Shown here piece by piece: positions 38,839 through 51,892 of a stretch of DNA of 64,000 nucleotides. The notes beneath the pieces are model-generated. The model was not told the origin of the DNA, ran no database searches, and saw only the letters and a list, made by a program, of their open reading frames with translations. Within the stretch, counting starts at the first letter, position 1. The number at the start of each line of letters is the position of its first letter. Source of the DNA: Psammoneis japonica (lineage: Eukaryota); NCBI GenBank assembly GCA_008632985.1, contig QPGO01000159.1, positions 1 to 64,000 of the forward strand, given 5' to 3'. The position numbers and the translations under genes are program-made.

Positions 38839-41800
38839 GTGCCAAATCAATGTTCTGCAGTCCATTTGCGTCTGCAGAACCTTTTTCAATCTTGTGCCTT
38901 ATGCATCATGGTTCATTTGCACCGCCGCTGCCAACGTCGGTTTGGTCCAATCAGCCACAGTGCTTCCACCACACAGCAACTGTGCACGTTCCAAGCCACA
39001 GCGTCACTCCTGCAAGAGCAGCGCTCTCAAAAATCTGCGGCCTTGTCCGGTCAAGAATTTTCGAATCCTGATCCGTCTGATTCCTCTAATTTTGCCCCTC
39101 CTGATGTCCAGGAAGATGGAGGGTTCCACGACGACAACGCTTTCTCCCCCTCAGGCAATGATGATGGCACGACAAGCCCTCCTCCAGAGGACGATGAAGA
39201 TTGTGCGGAGGAAGGTGAAGAATCCGATCTTGACGGCAACGACGGAGGCTGGGACGATAGCTCCCAATATGATGTGTTTCTAGGTCCTCCTGTTGATTCT
39301 TGGAATTCCGACAACGAATCGGAAGATGGTCCGCCTCATGCAGGAGAGGGGCCACCAGGTCCTCCAATTGAGAGCAGTGGTGCTGGTCCAAGTGACAACG
39401 ACCCTCCTTTGAGTGGATCATCACCGACGTTTACTCTTGCCGAGGAAGCATCTTTGGAGCTGATAACTCTTTGTGACAGTTCTGGCGCGACTCGCAAGTT
39501 TTACGGGAAGTTGCTTGCCCTGTTTCGTCGGTTCCGCAAGAGGAAATTCAATTTTGAAAATGCGCTTGGTCGAGACAAGTTGGTTGAGAACTTGAGTAAG
39601 AAGGTGCACATGCCCAAGCCCGACACCCGCATCATTGGTGGCCGCGAAGTAACTCATTTCCGCATGCTTGACATGTTGCGAGACCTACTCCGTCATTCCT
39701 TGTTTGATGACGAGCACAACCTCAACGTGAATAAATCTATGCAGGATCGCTTCAAGAAGTTCATCCCGGTTGAAGACACCGATCTTGGTGAGACAATGTC
39801 TAACAAATGGTGTTCTGACACCTGTGACAACCTTCCAGAAGACTTCGATCCAGAGAAGGACTTGCTTCTGCCCATTGCGTCTTATGCGGACCAGACGGGT
39901 ACCAATGCGCATCAACGCTGCCCCCTGGAGCCCTGGCTGTTTTGCATCCTTCTCGCCAAGAGGCATGTTCGTGAGCGTGATTGTGCGTGGCGTCATCTTG
40001 GCTTTATTCCGAGTCTTGACAAGGGCGGGACAGCCACCACTGTGGATGATAACGGCAACGTAAATGAAGATGAGGTTCAAGCAGCTGCAGGTGACTCTTC
40101 TTCGTCGTCCTCCAACATCCATGCTTACCACAACATGCTGTCGTTCCTGTTGGAAGATCTGAAGTCTCTGCAGGCGGAGCCTCCCCTGCTGCGTGTAAAC
40201 ATGGGCGGCATTCGCCGTCTTATGCGAATCCTGATTGTCCAAGGCCCAATTTTGGGGGATCAGAAGTCTCAAGATTACATCTGCGGTCGCAAGGCCACCA
40301 ATGGTGGCGGTGCCGGTCGAGTGCACCGTTTAAGCATCGTACTTTGGAATGACAAAGACGGAGAAAGAAAACTTTGAGAGTGAACTAGTTGCGGTTGTAG
40401 GATCGACCAGGTCGACTTCCCTTGCGTCCTATCCCAGAGGGCATTTAAATTCAGGGTTTAGCCGCATGACTCTCCAGACCCACGCGGAGAAGATGGGATG
40501 CCTTTTTTACCTATGTGTTGGAATGCAATTTAGCAAGCCGCGTGAGATCATGGAAACGGCACACGCCAGACAAAAGAACAAGTACCAAACGTTTCCTACG
40601 GCTTCTAAACTTGCCTCGTTGCGGAAACCAAAGGCTACAGACAAGAAGGGAGGTGCGAAAGGTTCTTCCCCAGCTTCCCAAGATCAGGGTACACCTTCAG
40701 AAGGTCAGAGTGCGCGTCCCTCTGTTGGCTGCAAACGATCAGGTTCCAGCAGTAGTTTCGCTCGACGCCCGAACAAGAAGACAAAGTCATCTCAGCAGGC
40801 GGCCCGACAAAGAGCAGCACATAATTCGGCGTCGGAAGAACCAGACAAGAGTGTTTCTGATAAGGAGGACGACGATGGCGAGAAGAAAGAGAAAGACAAG
40901 AAACCTCTCCCTCCCTCCTTTTTTCCGTTACGGAAGGACACATTTTATGCCATGGATAGTGACACCAAAGATCCTTTTGATCGCAAACCAGAAACAATCC
41001 AGTACGTGATCAAGCATCTAAAGCTCCACGGATTTGGTTTTTTGCTCGAAGAAGACTTTGATGATTTTCAGCTTGACCAGTTGTTTGTTGAATCATGGAA
41101 GATCCTCAAGAAAATCCAGGCGAAGGTTGAGGATTCGTATCCTTCCTCCCAAGACGTTGCCTCCATCGACTGTCCTATTATTCGTGACTGATGTGACTGT
41201 TTATTCCAACGACAAAGCCGAAGGCCAAGGCTAACCAAGGTGGAGCAGTACGTTGGCACGCGCTTACGCAAGACTGTTGCAAAGAAAAGGGTGGATCTTT
41301 CATCCTCACCAGTAGTGGGACAAGAAGACAACGAGCGTGAAGAAGACACACACAACCCTTATCAGTTCTCTTACCCGATGGAGGGTTGTATTGTGAAACA
41401 CCGTCGGAAGAAACCCACAATCAAGGGTAATGGATACACGGGTGCCATCTTATCTGACATGACGACGTACTCCTCCTTCTTGGAGTACATTCTCTGCNNN
41501 NNNNNNNNNNNNNNNNNNNNNNNNNNNNNNNNNNNNNNNNNNNNNNNNNNNNNNNNNNNNNNNNNNNNNNNNNNNNNNNNNNNNNNNNNNNNNNNNNNNN
41601 NNNNNNNNNNNNNNNNNNNNNNNNNNNNNNNNNNNNNNNNNNNNNNNNNNNNNNNNNNNNNNNNNNNNNNNNNNNNNNNNNNNNNNNNNNNNNNNNNNNN
41701 NNNNNNNNNNNNNNNNNNNNNNNNNNNNNNNNNNNNNNNNNNNNNNNNNNNNNNNNNNNNNNNNNNNNNNNNNNNNNNNNNNNNNNNNNNNNNNNNNNNN

Positions 41801-42612
41801 NNNNNNNNNNNNNNNNNNNNNNNNNNNNNNNNNNNNNNNNNNNNNNNNNNNNNNNNNNNNNNNNNNNNNNNNNNNNNNNNNNNNNNNNNNNNNNNNNNNN
41901 NNNNNNNNNNNNNNNNNNNNNNNNNNNNNNNNNNNNNNNNNNNNNNNNAAACAGCCCCACTTCATCTTCCTTCGAGACGACTTTGACAATGTGTTGGCAA
42001 TTGATCGTTTTGGAAAATCGTCCAAGACAACCAAGTCCACCGGCCGTCCCTGTCATGCCTTCCTTGAAGCCCTTCAGGAACTGGAGCCAGATCAGCAACG
42101 CTTTGATATCTGGACGGAGGCGAAGCTATCCAACGGAGAGTATTTACGTGCGTGCCCGCAACACAAATCCAAAGAGGGACCATGGTTTGACTGGGCTGAA
42201 GTTGACTTTGCAATGGGCGATGGTTCTGCCCAACCATTCCCCTCCCGTGTGATTGGTTTTTACCGGGCAGAGGATGATGTTTTGAAGGCAATTATTCACT
42301 CTGTTCATTACAAGCTGGCGACTGCCACTGAGTCAGACTTTGGGGACACTAGACTGTTCACTCACTACCGACAAGAATTCCAAGCCAACGGGAAACCCTC
42401 GCTACGTACATGCCGGCTGGATGAGATCCAACGCGGCATTCTCTGCTTCATGTTCCAATGACACAAGGACCCAGTCCCACCAACCGTGCGTAATCCGGCC
42501 AGCAGAAGAGAGCACCGAGTTATGGTTGTCCGTCCTCGTTTGGACTGGGCAAAAATATTCGTGGAGTGGACCAGAGAGATGATGGATCGAGAGGAAAACG
42601 CGGAGGGTTTGG
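38839..42612 (+). pseudogene. Plavaka-like transposase (interrupted; spans the assembly gap)
   Basis: LLPIASYADQT, AWRHLGFIP, YHNMLSFLLEDL, ILGDQKSQDYICGR, C-terminal RACPQHKSKEGPWFDWAEV...PSRVIGF; family assigned from remembered motifs; start uncertain. Confidence 0.75.
41498..41948. other. Assembly gap
   Basis: Run of n. Confidence 1.
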
Positions 42613-42688
42613 ATAAGTTCTCTTTTTAGATAAATTAATATGTAAACACCTACAATGCAACTTACATAACAAGGAACACCGTGTCCGT

Positions 42689-43180
42689 TCAAACACTGAA
42701 ATGGGCGCGGGCAACAGCAAGTGCATCTGTATATTCTTGAGTAGGCTCTGGTACATCGAACTCACACCTGTTCCTGAAATAGCCTAATTGAGACTCGATC
42801 TTCAAAGCCAATTCGAGGACGTCTTCATTTGCCTTCGCTTCACCATTCATGAAGTTGACCGCACTCCACATCTCTTTGTTAAATTGTGGAGATTCAAATT
42901 CCAGCCGACTACAACGGACGAAACTCCTAACCATCTTCCGTTCATATTCCCTGCCTCTCTTGAAGGCCTCAATCAGCTCGATCATCGAGTTTTTCAATGC
43001 CCCCTGCTCATAGTTCAGAAAGCGAAAATCGCGTGGACCATCTGATGGAACGACTATGCCTTCAATGAGTGGCTTGACAACATTCTGGAGAGTACGAATT
43101 AGAATCTTAATAGCCTCGTGCTGTTGGTCCACCGTATCACTGCCGGTTACCTCTTCCGTTTCTAACAAATTGCGACTCAT
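42689..43180 (-). CDS. Accessory gene 2, hypothetical helical protein (likely start MSRNLLE)
   Basis: Protein-like ORF convergent with the transposase, inside the TIRs. Confidence 0.5.
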   Translation of the reverse strand: MSRNLLETEEVTGSDTVDQQHEAIKILIRTLQNVVKPLIEGIVVPSDGPRDFRFLNYEQGALKNSMIELIEAFKRGREYERKMVRSFVRCSRLEFESPQFNKEMWSAVNFMNGEAKANEDVLELALKIESQLGYFRNRCEFDVPEPTQEYTDALAVARAHFSV

Positions 43181-43380
43181 AAAAAGAGGCGAATCATAGC
43201 TCAACGGCAGGAACAAGGCAAACGGTGTTTGACGCGTTCCAGCCCTAGGTGGGAGCTCGTAGTACTGACGTGTGACACAAATAATTTTTATCATCCGTCG
43301 TATATTTCGCACGTACATTTCTACGTGTCATATTTAAAAAAAATTGTCCAGACTTGCTGTTTTGCGAAGCCCCAGACGTT

Positions 43381-44853
43381 TTATATAACGAATTTATAGA
43401 AACAACAATGCACCACAATTACAAGGTTCCTGAACTTGTGACGATTCGTGTTGCCACAGGATTGCTCAAACGCAGAGTGGAGCTCTCGTTCCACTAACTC
43501 TTGGTGCCGTCGTGCCATGCCTTTCGCGGTGGCTTGGGTCGACACATGATCCTTGATGCCATCCAACCGCTCAGCAAGGAGAATCTTGGCAACCTTCCCA
43601 TTCTTCAGTTTTGCGTCCGTGTCGATCAGAGTCAACATGTTGTTGCACATTTGTAGAAATTGCTTCCTCTTTTGGCAACCAGAAAACATCACAGTTGACC
43701 AGTGACGACAGTTCCCATGCTCCTTCTCCACGTGAGGGAGAAAGCAACAGTCAACGATGGCCGCGGCAATGCTGAGGCACTGCGCCGTGAAGTCCAATTT
43801 GGATTTAAAGCTTGAAAGACGAAGGAAGCAGTCCTTGTTGCCAAGCTTTTCCCGTTGGATCATCTTGCATAAATCATTCATCATTGCATGGAGGTTCTTG
43901 CCGAATTTGGCGAGATTGCCAAAGGACTCAGCAAGCTTCCGATACTCAAGAACATAGCTCCCATCTTTGCGACGGTGGCACAACCAACCACGGCTTTTCA
44001 CATAATGAAAGCCATCATTATACCCAAGAGATTGACCAACTACATCGCAAACAGCCAACACTTCCTCAAAAAAATGGGAGGACCGATTCTGGCATTTGTG
44101 ATAGATGAAGGGAAGAGCAATGAGATCAGGAGAGGGAGTCCACTCATGAGATTCAAGAAACTTCTGACGATGGCGCTGCATCTCAATAAGTTTTGTGAAA
44201 CGCTTCTTGGAAATATAGGCACCGCCAGTGCCCCCAGTGAAAACTTGGGCTTCATCGTCAAGCGCGAGGGGGGGTTTAGTGCGTAGCCCGACGGTGGTTA
44301 CCGCGCTTTCATCATCAGAGTCTGAGTCAGAAAAGTCGTCGCCATCGTTTTCGTCAGGAAACGAAAGATCGCTAGCATATCCTGGGTTGTCGGGGGCGGC
44401 GACATGGCCGGAATTGAGTTTTCTAGCAGGGACGTCAAACGATGTGTCGTCTGGAGGGCCACCGGAAACCTTGTCAGTACATAGAGTGGCCAAAACCATG
44501 CCGCGGCCCACGGAATTGTCGGAATCGTCATCTTTTGGAGGAGAAGAACCCTTCAAATCATCATCGGGATGCGTTGCAGAGGCTTCTTGAGATGCCGTGG
44601 GGGGCAAGACACCGTCAGAAGGCCGTGCCGCCAATTCTGGAGGGGAAACAAGTTCCTGAAGAGATCCGTCGTGGTCGGGTGACGTGACATAAAACGCCAT
44701 TACGCCGGTTCCGGAAATAGAATCTTCATCCGATGAGTCGGAGAGTGAGGAAAACACTCGCTTTTGCTTGGTTGTTACTTTGAAGCGAGGCATACGAGCG
44801 GCGGGAACAGCGGGCGGAGGGAAAAAGCGCCATGGGCAGTCAGAGCACCACAA
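43381..44853 (-). CDS. Accessory gene 3, hypothetical: acidic disordered N-terminal half, helical C-terminal half
   Basis: 490-codon ORF (likely start MPRFKV); may splice near 43420. Confidence 0.6.
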   Translation of the reverse strand: MWCSDCPWRFFPPPAVPAARMPRFKVTTKQKRVFSSLSDSSDEDSISGTGVMAFYVTSPDHDGSLQELVSPPELAARPSDGVLPPTASQEASATHPDDDLKGSSPPKDDDSDNSVGRGMVLATLCTDKVSGGPPDDTSFDVPARKLNSGHVAAPDNPGYASDLSFPDENDGDDFSDSDSDDESAVTTVGLRTKPPLALDDEAQVFTGGTGGAYISKKRFTKLIEMQRHRQKFLESHEWTPSPDLIALPFIYHKCQNRSSHFFEEVLAVCDVVGQSLGYNDGFHYVKSRGWLCHRRKDGSYVLEYRKLAESFGNLAKFGKNLHAMMNDLCKMIQREKLGNKDCFLRLSSFKSKLDFTAQCLSIAAAIVDCCFLPHVEKEHGNCRHWSTVMFSGCQKRKQFLQMCNNMLTLIDTDAKLKNGKVAKILLAERLDGIKDHVSTQATAKGMARRHQELVERELHSAFEQSCGNTNRHKFRNLVIVVHCCFYKFVI

Positions 44854-45477
44854 TCCTACGTAGATCCCACGGGGTCAAGATCCCTGTGAGAAAACCGATG
44901 AGCTCGGTTTTTCCCATAAACATAGGGAACTTGAGTTTGTAGGAGGGGAAGTAGGATGGACAAAGCCTACAACCGGATTCCACGCAATCATGTTGCAAAA
45001 TGAATTATTGTGGGATGAAGAATGATGAATCACTGAGGCATGAATCCCAGGATCCAACGGACAACTCTCTCTACTGCCCCCAGAGCAGATACAGCTGAAA
45101 TTTCGTAAAATGATTGACATCCACCATGAGGACGGGAATACAGTGTTTTTATTGAAAATACGTTAAAGACTCTGAATACGAACATTGTCAGTTGGAAGGC
45201 AACAACATTATCTGGATGTGAGGAAAGTTATGCCATGTGTGATAAATTTATTGGTGTACAAGTAAATAACTGCACATAAGTCAAAAATGTCTCCAGGCAA
45301 TATATACGTGCAATACCAATAAGTATGGTGCAAATAAATAAAAATAGTGCATTCCCAATAAGTGCATTGAAAATAAATCTGTCTGGTACAATTTCAATGA
45401 GTACGCGCGAAAACGCGCCATGACACATTGGGGTCACAAGACATGTGACTACTGCCCATTTCTACGGGTCTCTGATG

Positions 45478-48456
45478 CTTGACACCAATCAAAAAAGAGA
45501 GGGATGAGATGTCAGGTGTTGAGCCTGTCACCTCTTCCTCTGGGACTCGTCCTCCCATGTCCGAAATGCTAGTCGCAATCATGCGTCGGATGTCACACAT
45601 CCATTTGGCACTATAGGACCAAAGTCGCCTGTGAGTGCCAGTCCAGCATGGAGTCACGCGGACCCTCTTCTTCAACTCACAAATGGATGCCTCCACCAAG
45701 TTCTGCCAGGGGCTGTGTGGGGTGGACACCTCCTGATGCATCCTGCATTCCTTGCAAATGTCCTTGGTCTGGCCTTCTGCCATTTCCGGCATGCCATGCG
45801 ACACAAGGACTTGCGGTACGCCAATGTCATGTGTAAATGACATGACGGCAATCGGGTGGTCCTGTTTCCTCTTCCAAGGACAGAACCCATCATGCCCTCT
45901 TCCGTTGGTAAACACGCTTCCTCCTATCTCGCCATGTATCAATTTAACCTTCGAAAACATCTGGTCAGAGTAGAAGCGTCCCTTGACAGCAGGGAACTTA
46001 AGCCAAGGGGCTTTCTTCCGGACTTTCCATTCAGTTGGTGTGTAGACGTTACGGACCCCTGCCTGGGTTGTCACTCTAAGGGTGTTCTTAGCGGCCGTCA
46101 GGCCAATGTTCCACCTCTTAGAGAGTATCTTGGGCGTGACAGTCGATGCACGACTCGAGGTTGACAGTGCATGCACCCGTTTATGCTCAGCACAATCCGG
46201 GTGGACATCTAGGTCATACCGGTCATGTAGCCTGTCTCCCTCAATGTCGTTGTGAGAGACATTCACCTGAGCAACCAAGTGGTGATACAGAGAATCGTCG
46301 TCATAAGTGTCCATAATGACATTCTCATCGTGATATGACGTCTGATACGAATGAATTGAAGCGACACACCTGGTCGCATTCATCATTGTCGATTGTCTGT
46401 CAGACTTCGCTGATCCTTGGCGCACACTAGCACATACGTGCTCTTCCTCCTTTTGTGCCATGGCATCAGTAGAAGGTTCCCATCTAAGGGGTGATGTGAG
46501 TTCCAGCTGGGGGAGGGTCTCCAGATCCTCCTGAGTCGGCTTATGTGAGTCAAAGACTGAAGCAACACCTTGCATGCATAAAGGTATCCTGATTTTCGAG
46601 TCAGGGAAAGCAATAGAGTGTGTGCCATTGGGATCAAACTGGCGAGGGGTGTCGTGGACAGTCAGTCCATTCGCTCACAGTTGGTTGGGGCACAGCAGGG
46701 TGTTAGTCATTCTGTCCCCGAAAAACATAGCCTCATGGACTAACAGCAGGCATGGTTGTCCATTAGTTGGATCAACCCACATGGTAGCAGCCGTGCAAAT
46801 GGGGACATTCCTCATTGGTGCACACTCTTTGGAGTAAGGATGTACTACGACAGTGCAGTCGACATCAGAGTACATGATGAAATTGGATCCAACAGAACAT
46901 GTGTCAGTGTGCGAGTCCAAATCGTTGGTTGCTTCACCATCTGAATGTCCAGCAGATGACAAAGAGATATGCATGTCCTTTGGAAATCGCCTAGATAAAT
47001 GTACAGTGCCAGCAGGTGTAGCAACAGTCGGTTCTATACCTTTTAGTGCTGGCGCAACTATTCATTCCTCCTTCTGAGGTTTCTCATGGGCGCTACATAC
47101 GAACTGCGTGCCGGCATTGGCGGCAGGCTTATCCAACTCTTCGGAGTCCTTTTGTTCATCAGCAGGTTGAGGCTCAGGCTTGGCAATAGCCACCTTCTTA
47201 ACAGCACGAGTTTTGGCATCAATCGGCAGCTGCTGCTTTGCATTTCTTCTCGGCTTTCTTGGCCTCGCGGAGCTTCTTAACTTGCTCTTGCTCAGGACCA
47301 TCAAGAGCATTCCACTCTTCAATAGGATAATGGCCTGCCCAAATCCTGTGCTTATCCTTTTTAGGTTGGTGCTTACCGTCAGGGTTTCCTTGCCGGTTGT
47401 TACGGCGTTGGACGGATGCGATTCCGAGAGTGTCAGCTTTGCGGTTCTTAGCATTTTCTACCAGAATCTTCATGTGCTGCTGGCATGCTTCGAAATCTGC
47501 TAGCTTCGTCAGGTCTCCGTCCACTGCACTCTTACCAGTCTCCAACCCAGGGTTGGAGATACCCTTGAGAAAGTCAGAGACCTTCTTGGTCTCGGCTGCC
47601 GGTTCATCCAGCTCGGACAAGTCATTGTGAGCTTTCTGATGGCGTTGAATGTACTGGTCAAAGGTAAAACGACCCCGTCCAGTGTACTTCACGGTAGCAA
47701 TCTGTGCACAGGCACGGTTCTTTTGGGCAGTGGCGGCAGCCAACCCTTCCGCCTGCCTCTTGAGTGCAAAGAAGGCAGTACAACCATCGCGATTGCGATT
47801 GGAAGGTTTGACAAAAGCCCATCCGGGCCCCCCTGTCACTGGCTTCTTCAAGAGATCATACAGACATTGTCCATCCTGTGTATGCTGAGCTCTAGCAGCA
47901 ATAAGGTCTTCGTCAATGGCAGAGTAGGTAGCAGCCAACATTTCGGCGGTGACGTCTTCATGCTCCCTAATTAGGTAGACAAGGGGTACGCCGGTAACGG
48001 CACTACGGTGGTGGCATAGTTCAGTCTCCAGTGACTCTTGGAAGGTAGGCCAGTCATATAGATTCTTGAGTTCCACGGCCGTCTTGGTAGCCGATTCGTC
48101 ATCTGAGTCCGCTGACTTGAATTGTTCCAATTCCGTGAGACCCGCCGTCCATGTCCCAATAACGTCACCAGTAAAGAGAGCAGCAGTCGGCTGTTGGTTC
48201 CGGGCTCCGCGGTAGTCAATCCATGTGCGCGTAGTGCCTTGAACTTGTGATTCGCCAGGTGTGGGAAGCGGACTTGAGGGTTGGTGGCGGCATCCACGCT
48301 CTTCACAATGCCCTTAGTCACAGCAGTAATCTCTGCTAAAGGGACCTGTTCCAAGTCCTGAACAGCAGCAAAGCCTTGACCGGCTATGTAGGTGCGCGTC
48401 TGTGCATTGTATCCACAACTCGTAAGACAAGCAGTAAAGGCTGCGGCAGTGGCCAT
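45478..48456 (-). pseudogene. Copia family 2: gag, protease and integrase N-terminal part
   Basis: gag MATAAAF..., FTFDQYIQRHQKAHNDL, protease DLDSHTDTC, LSKRWNIG, PHSPWQNLVE, TGSTPDIS. Confidence 0.9.
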
Positions 48457-49407
48457 GGTGTATCAGTAGTTATTCGCATTTCAATGCGTGAGCATCCACT
48501 TGTGTGAGTAGAGAAAAGTGAGAAAATGTGTGGTTCTCGTGCTGATTTGGCGGTTTCTATTTAGCGAACTCGCGAGCAGGCGGTGTTACTCCTAAGTAAT
48601 AATTTCCAACAGACATGTATGATATCCACATGTACAGTGTCTAAGACTCTGTCCAAACTGGACCATACAGTGCCTACAGCATGTACATACCTGACATCAC
48701 GAAGCCTTTTTGCGGACGTCACAGGGTCATACCTATGCAGTGCTTTCCAAACTGCATCATACTTTTATACATACCCCCACTTCATCCATACACGAATATG
48801 TTACAACCCTGATTCAACATATTTTATCAGTGATGGAGATTGATCATTTAACAAGGGGGTATTGAACTAACTACATTGATGAAGTTGGAATTAAACACGA
48901 CCAGAGAGATGCCACCATGACGACGAGAACGCAGCCATAAGGCGACAACAAGCCAAGTAAAGGATAAAAATCGATCATAATATTAAAATTATGTATGACT
49001 TATGTATAAACAACTTCACTGTATGAGCATCTGCTGCGGATTGATTGAGAGAATGTTCAGGAAAAATGCTGCATCGTGATGAGACAAGAACAGCACGTAA
49101 AGCGACCCAAACAGAGCAAGTGCCTCACATTTGAGAAGGTTGTGGGTTGTTCTTGGAAAAAAGGTACAGCCATATGCACTTTCGTTGCATCAAAAACGCT
49201 ACTTCTGGGTCGTCTCGTGTGTCGACTCGGGGGTGTGGTGTTTGGGGTATGCCATTTCCGAGGAACCCTGTTCTGACCAGAACAAGGTTCCTCACCAAAG
49301 TACGTATGGCCTAAAATTACGTCATGCATGGGGCTAATAACCACTTATTTTTTCGAAGAGGCTCATTTTCCACAGGCTCAGAGTAAACGGAACACACGGT
49401 AATATAT

Positions 49408-51873
49408 GTGGTTTCTCAAAACCCGCGTTGTGACATGTGTTTCATTGGGGCTGCCTTCAATGGAACTACGCCGACAACATCAACCATTGGTTGTCAGCTA
49501 GATGACTTGCAGAGGAAGCTGGCGATACGAAATGTATTTGGACGAGCTGAAACAGCCGACTGTGCAGGTGCAAACGTCGGATTCACCAAACTGACCTGCA
49601 CTTTACCAGCAAGCAGTTTCATTCCAGCTGACATGCTTGAAAAGCATGGTTTAGATGGGTCGTGGCTTGTTGCTGGTAAGTCGTTTGCTGATGGGGAACC
49701 TAAGTTCTGCTTCCACGATGCGCCGCATGGTTTGAAACACGTGAGTTGTGCAATGAGAAACCGATCCCTGTCATGGAATCCCGACGACACCTGTCCAATG
49801 TCAATGAATGCACTTCGGGATGTCTACCAATCCATCATGCAGAGTACAGACGAAATGGCCTTGATGTATTCCACGAAATTAAGGCACGTTCCCACCCTGA
49901 TAATTTCGGCCGTAAAATAAATATAATTTGGCCAAATTTACGTATTTACGGGCGTCAGGCTGGGAACGAATTCGATCGGGAAAAAAGATCAAAATCTCAT
50001 GTCGAGCTCGGCGAGGACGCTACACGCCACAGCACTGTTTACACTGCTACAGTAGTAGCTAGAGCTGCTAGCTAGAGAGACACCATAACATTGTCAGCGA
50101 CAATTGTTGTCCATTTTGCGATTGCTCTATCTACGGTAACCCAAGACTCAGGATAACACCGGTGAAGGTCAGAAGAAATACATCCAACATTCAATCCACT
50201 AGCAAGAGTTGCAGAGAGATCAGAAAGACGCACTAAACAATGGCATGCAGTGAGACTACAGCATGTAAAACTACGAAATGTAATTTCTACAGAATATGAG
50301 GTTCTAAAAGGCACCATTGTTGACTCGTGCGGTTTACCATTGGCCTAAATCCATTTCAAAGAGCAAAGTAATACAGAGCAAGTCGCAGAGAAGGCCTCCA
50401 GACAGTAGAGCAAGGCACTGTGAGGCACAAAGCCGACGATGTTGTGCAAAACATTGACCTCCACCGGCATCATTGTCCTAACTTCCGACAAGATTGATGA
50501 AATAAGTGCACACAGCCTTCTTCATAGTCATATTCTATCACAACAAGCCTTCCTGTTGTTGAAGTGACCAAAACATTGCATTCTTGACTCTTGACCGTCA
50601 ATCAAGTAACCTTGAGTATACACCAAAGAACCACCTCAATGTAACATCAGATCATATGATATTGCTACGAGGATTCGGCCTCAAGTCTGCAGACGTATGG
50701 TTTGTGAAGAATCCCAACGCGAAATCTGAACAAGAGAAACGAAGACATCAAAAATACCATTAGTCGACACGGTCATCATAAGCCATAACAACAACGAAAA
50801 ATCAAAATTCTGACAGCTTGATCGTATCGAGCGTAGTCTTATTGACCTGTCTCTACATTCTTACCTTCGTAGGCAGGACGGTCGTTCGTGTATGAACGGG
50901 TCCGTTCATGGCAGCAGCCATCATGGTTTGTTTGTGCGATCGGAGCGGAGAAAGAAAAAAAAGGTGCGAGCTTGTGTGACGTGGCACGTTCGAGCTCCCA
51001 AAACGCCGAATTTACCGTGAAAATTATATTTACGGGAGAGAATTTACGACGACCGACACCTGTCGTCGTAATTTGCTGATAATTACGGCTGTAAATTGGC
51101 GGATGGAAAACAGACGTGCGATTTTTCTTGTACGAGAGTTTCTACAGGAATTTTGTGTAGAACGAAATTATATTTATTTTACGGCCGAAATTATCGGGGT
51201 GGGAACGTGCCTAAGAGCCTCCGATTTCGATTCTAGAATGGATGCTTCTCAAAAGCAGAAGGTTCAACCGGCAGCCCGTACTTTGAGCAACACCATGTGC
51301 CGGGCGATAGACAAAGTGTGTGCTGACTCGACGATCGACTTTCCGTCTATCCCATTTGAGCAGAGAAAATTCCAGCTTTCCAAGCTAAGAGCGCTTTGCT
51401 CAAATTGCAATCGTTGGTTTGACATATGGAACTCTAGAGACCCATCCAAGCCGAATCATTGGAAAGCATTGGTGACTCGAAGAAACGCAGTGGAAATTGC
51501 GGACGAATTGCTTGGCATTCTAAAATTCTTCCAAGATTGGAAGGAGTCCCTAACACGCCCAGATGGCACATTTATGCAGGATATGTTCATCCCAATGGAA
51601 ACTTATGAGACCATGAAGCAAGATTGCTATGGCGCTGCTTCCTATGTATATGATCAAGTCGTCAACAAAGGCCGAGAAGTGTATCTATACCGTTGCAACC
51701 AGGACAAGTGCGAGAACCACTTTTCCCATTGCCGCGTCGCTTGCGGGAACGCTCGAAATCCCAAGGGTGCTCATGTAAAGACTTGTGCCAAGTCGTCGGG
51801 TCTGAAGAGGGCCATCCAGGCCAGCAAAAATGGGAACGTCACATTGTTCAAAGTAGCAAAGAAAAGGAAGTGA
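49408..51873 (+). pseudogene. P-element/THAP9-like DDE transposase core, split by an insertion at 49883-51211
   Basis: TADCAGAN, FHDAPHGLK, KQKVQPAARTLS, NRWFDIWNSR, NQDKCENHFS...GNARNP follow the P-transposase motif order; N-terminus unresolved. Confidence 0.82.
49883..51211. mobile_element. Non-autonomous PIF/Harbinger-like element
   Basis: ~47-bp TIR GGCACGTTCCCACCC(T/C)GATAATTTCGGCCGTAAAATAAATATAATTT; TSD TAA (49880-49882, 51212-51214); subterminal TTAC(G/C)G repeats. Confidence 0.9.
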
Positions 51874-51892
51874 TACTAACTTACTGATTTAT

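Larger units (their letters stand above)
36584..45477 (+). mobile_element. Plavaka/CMC(EnSpm)-like DNA transposon with accessory genes
   Basis: TIR CATCAGAG(G/A)CCCG at 36584 and ending 45477; flanks GTT/CTT (3-bp TSD, one mismatch); removal restores Copia ...DWCQPV...; contains an N gap. Confidence 0.85.

Noticed and set aside
41240..42098. Long ORFs across 41.5-41.9 kb
   Set aside because: Artefacts of the N gap
51073..51211. N-terminus of the 266-aa ORF (MLIITAVNW...)
   Set aside because: Read-through from the inserted element's TIR; the true upstream part is 49408-49882
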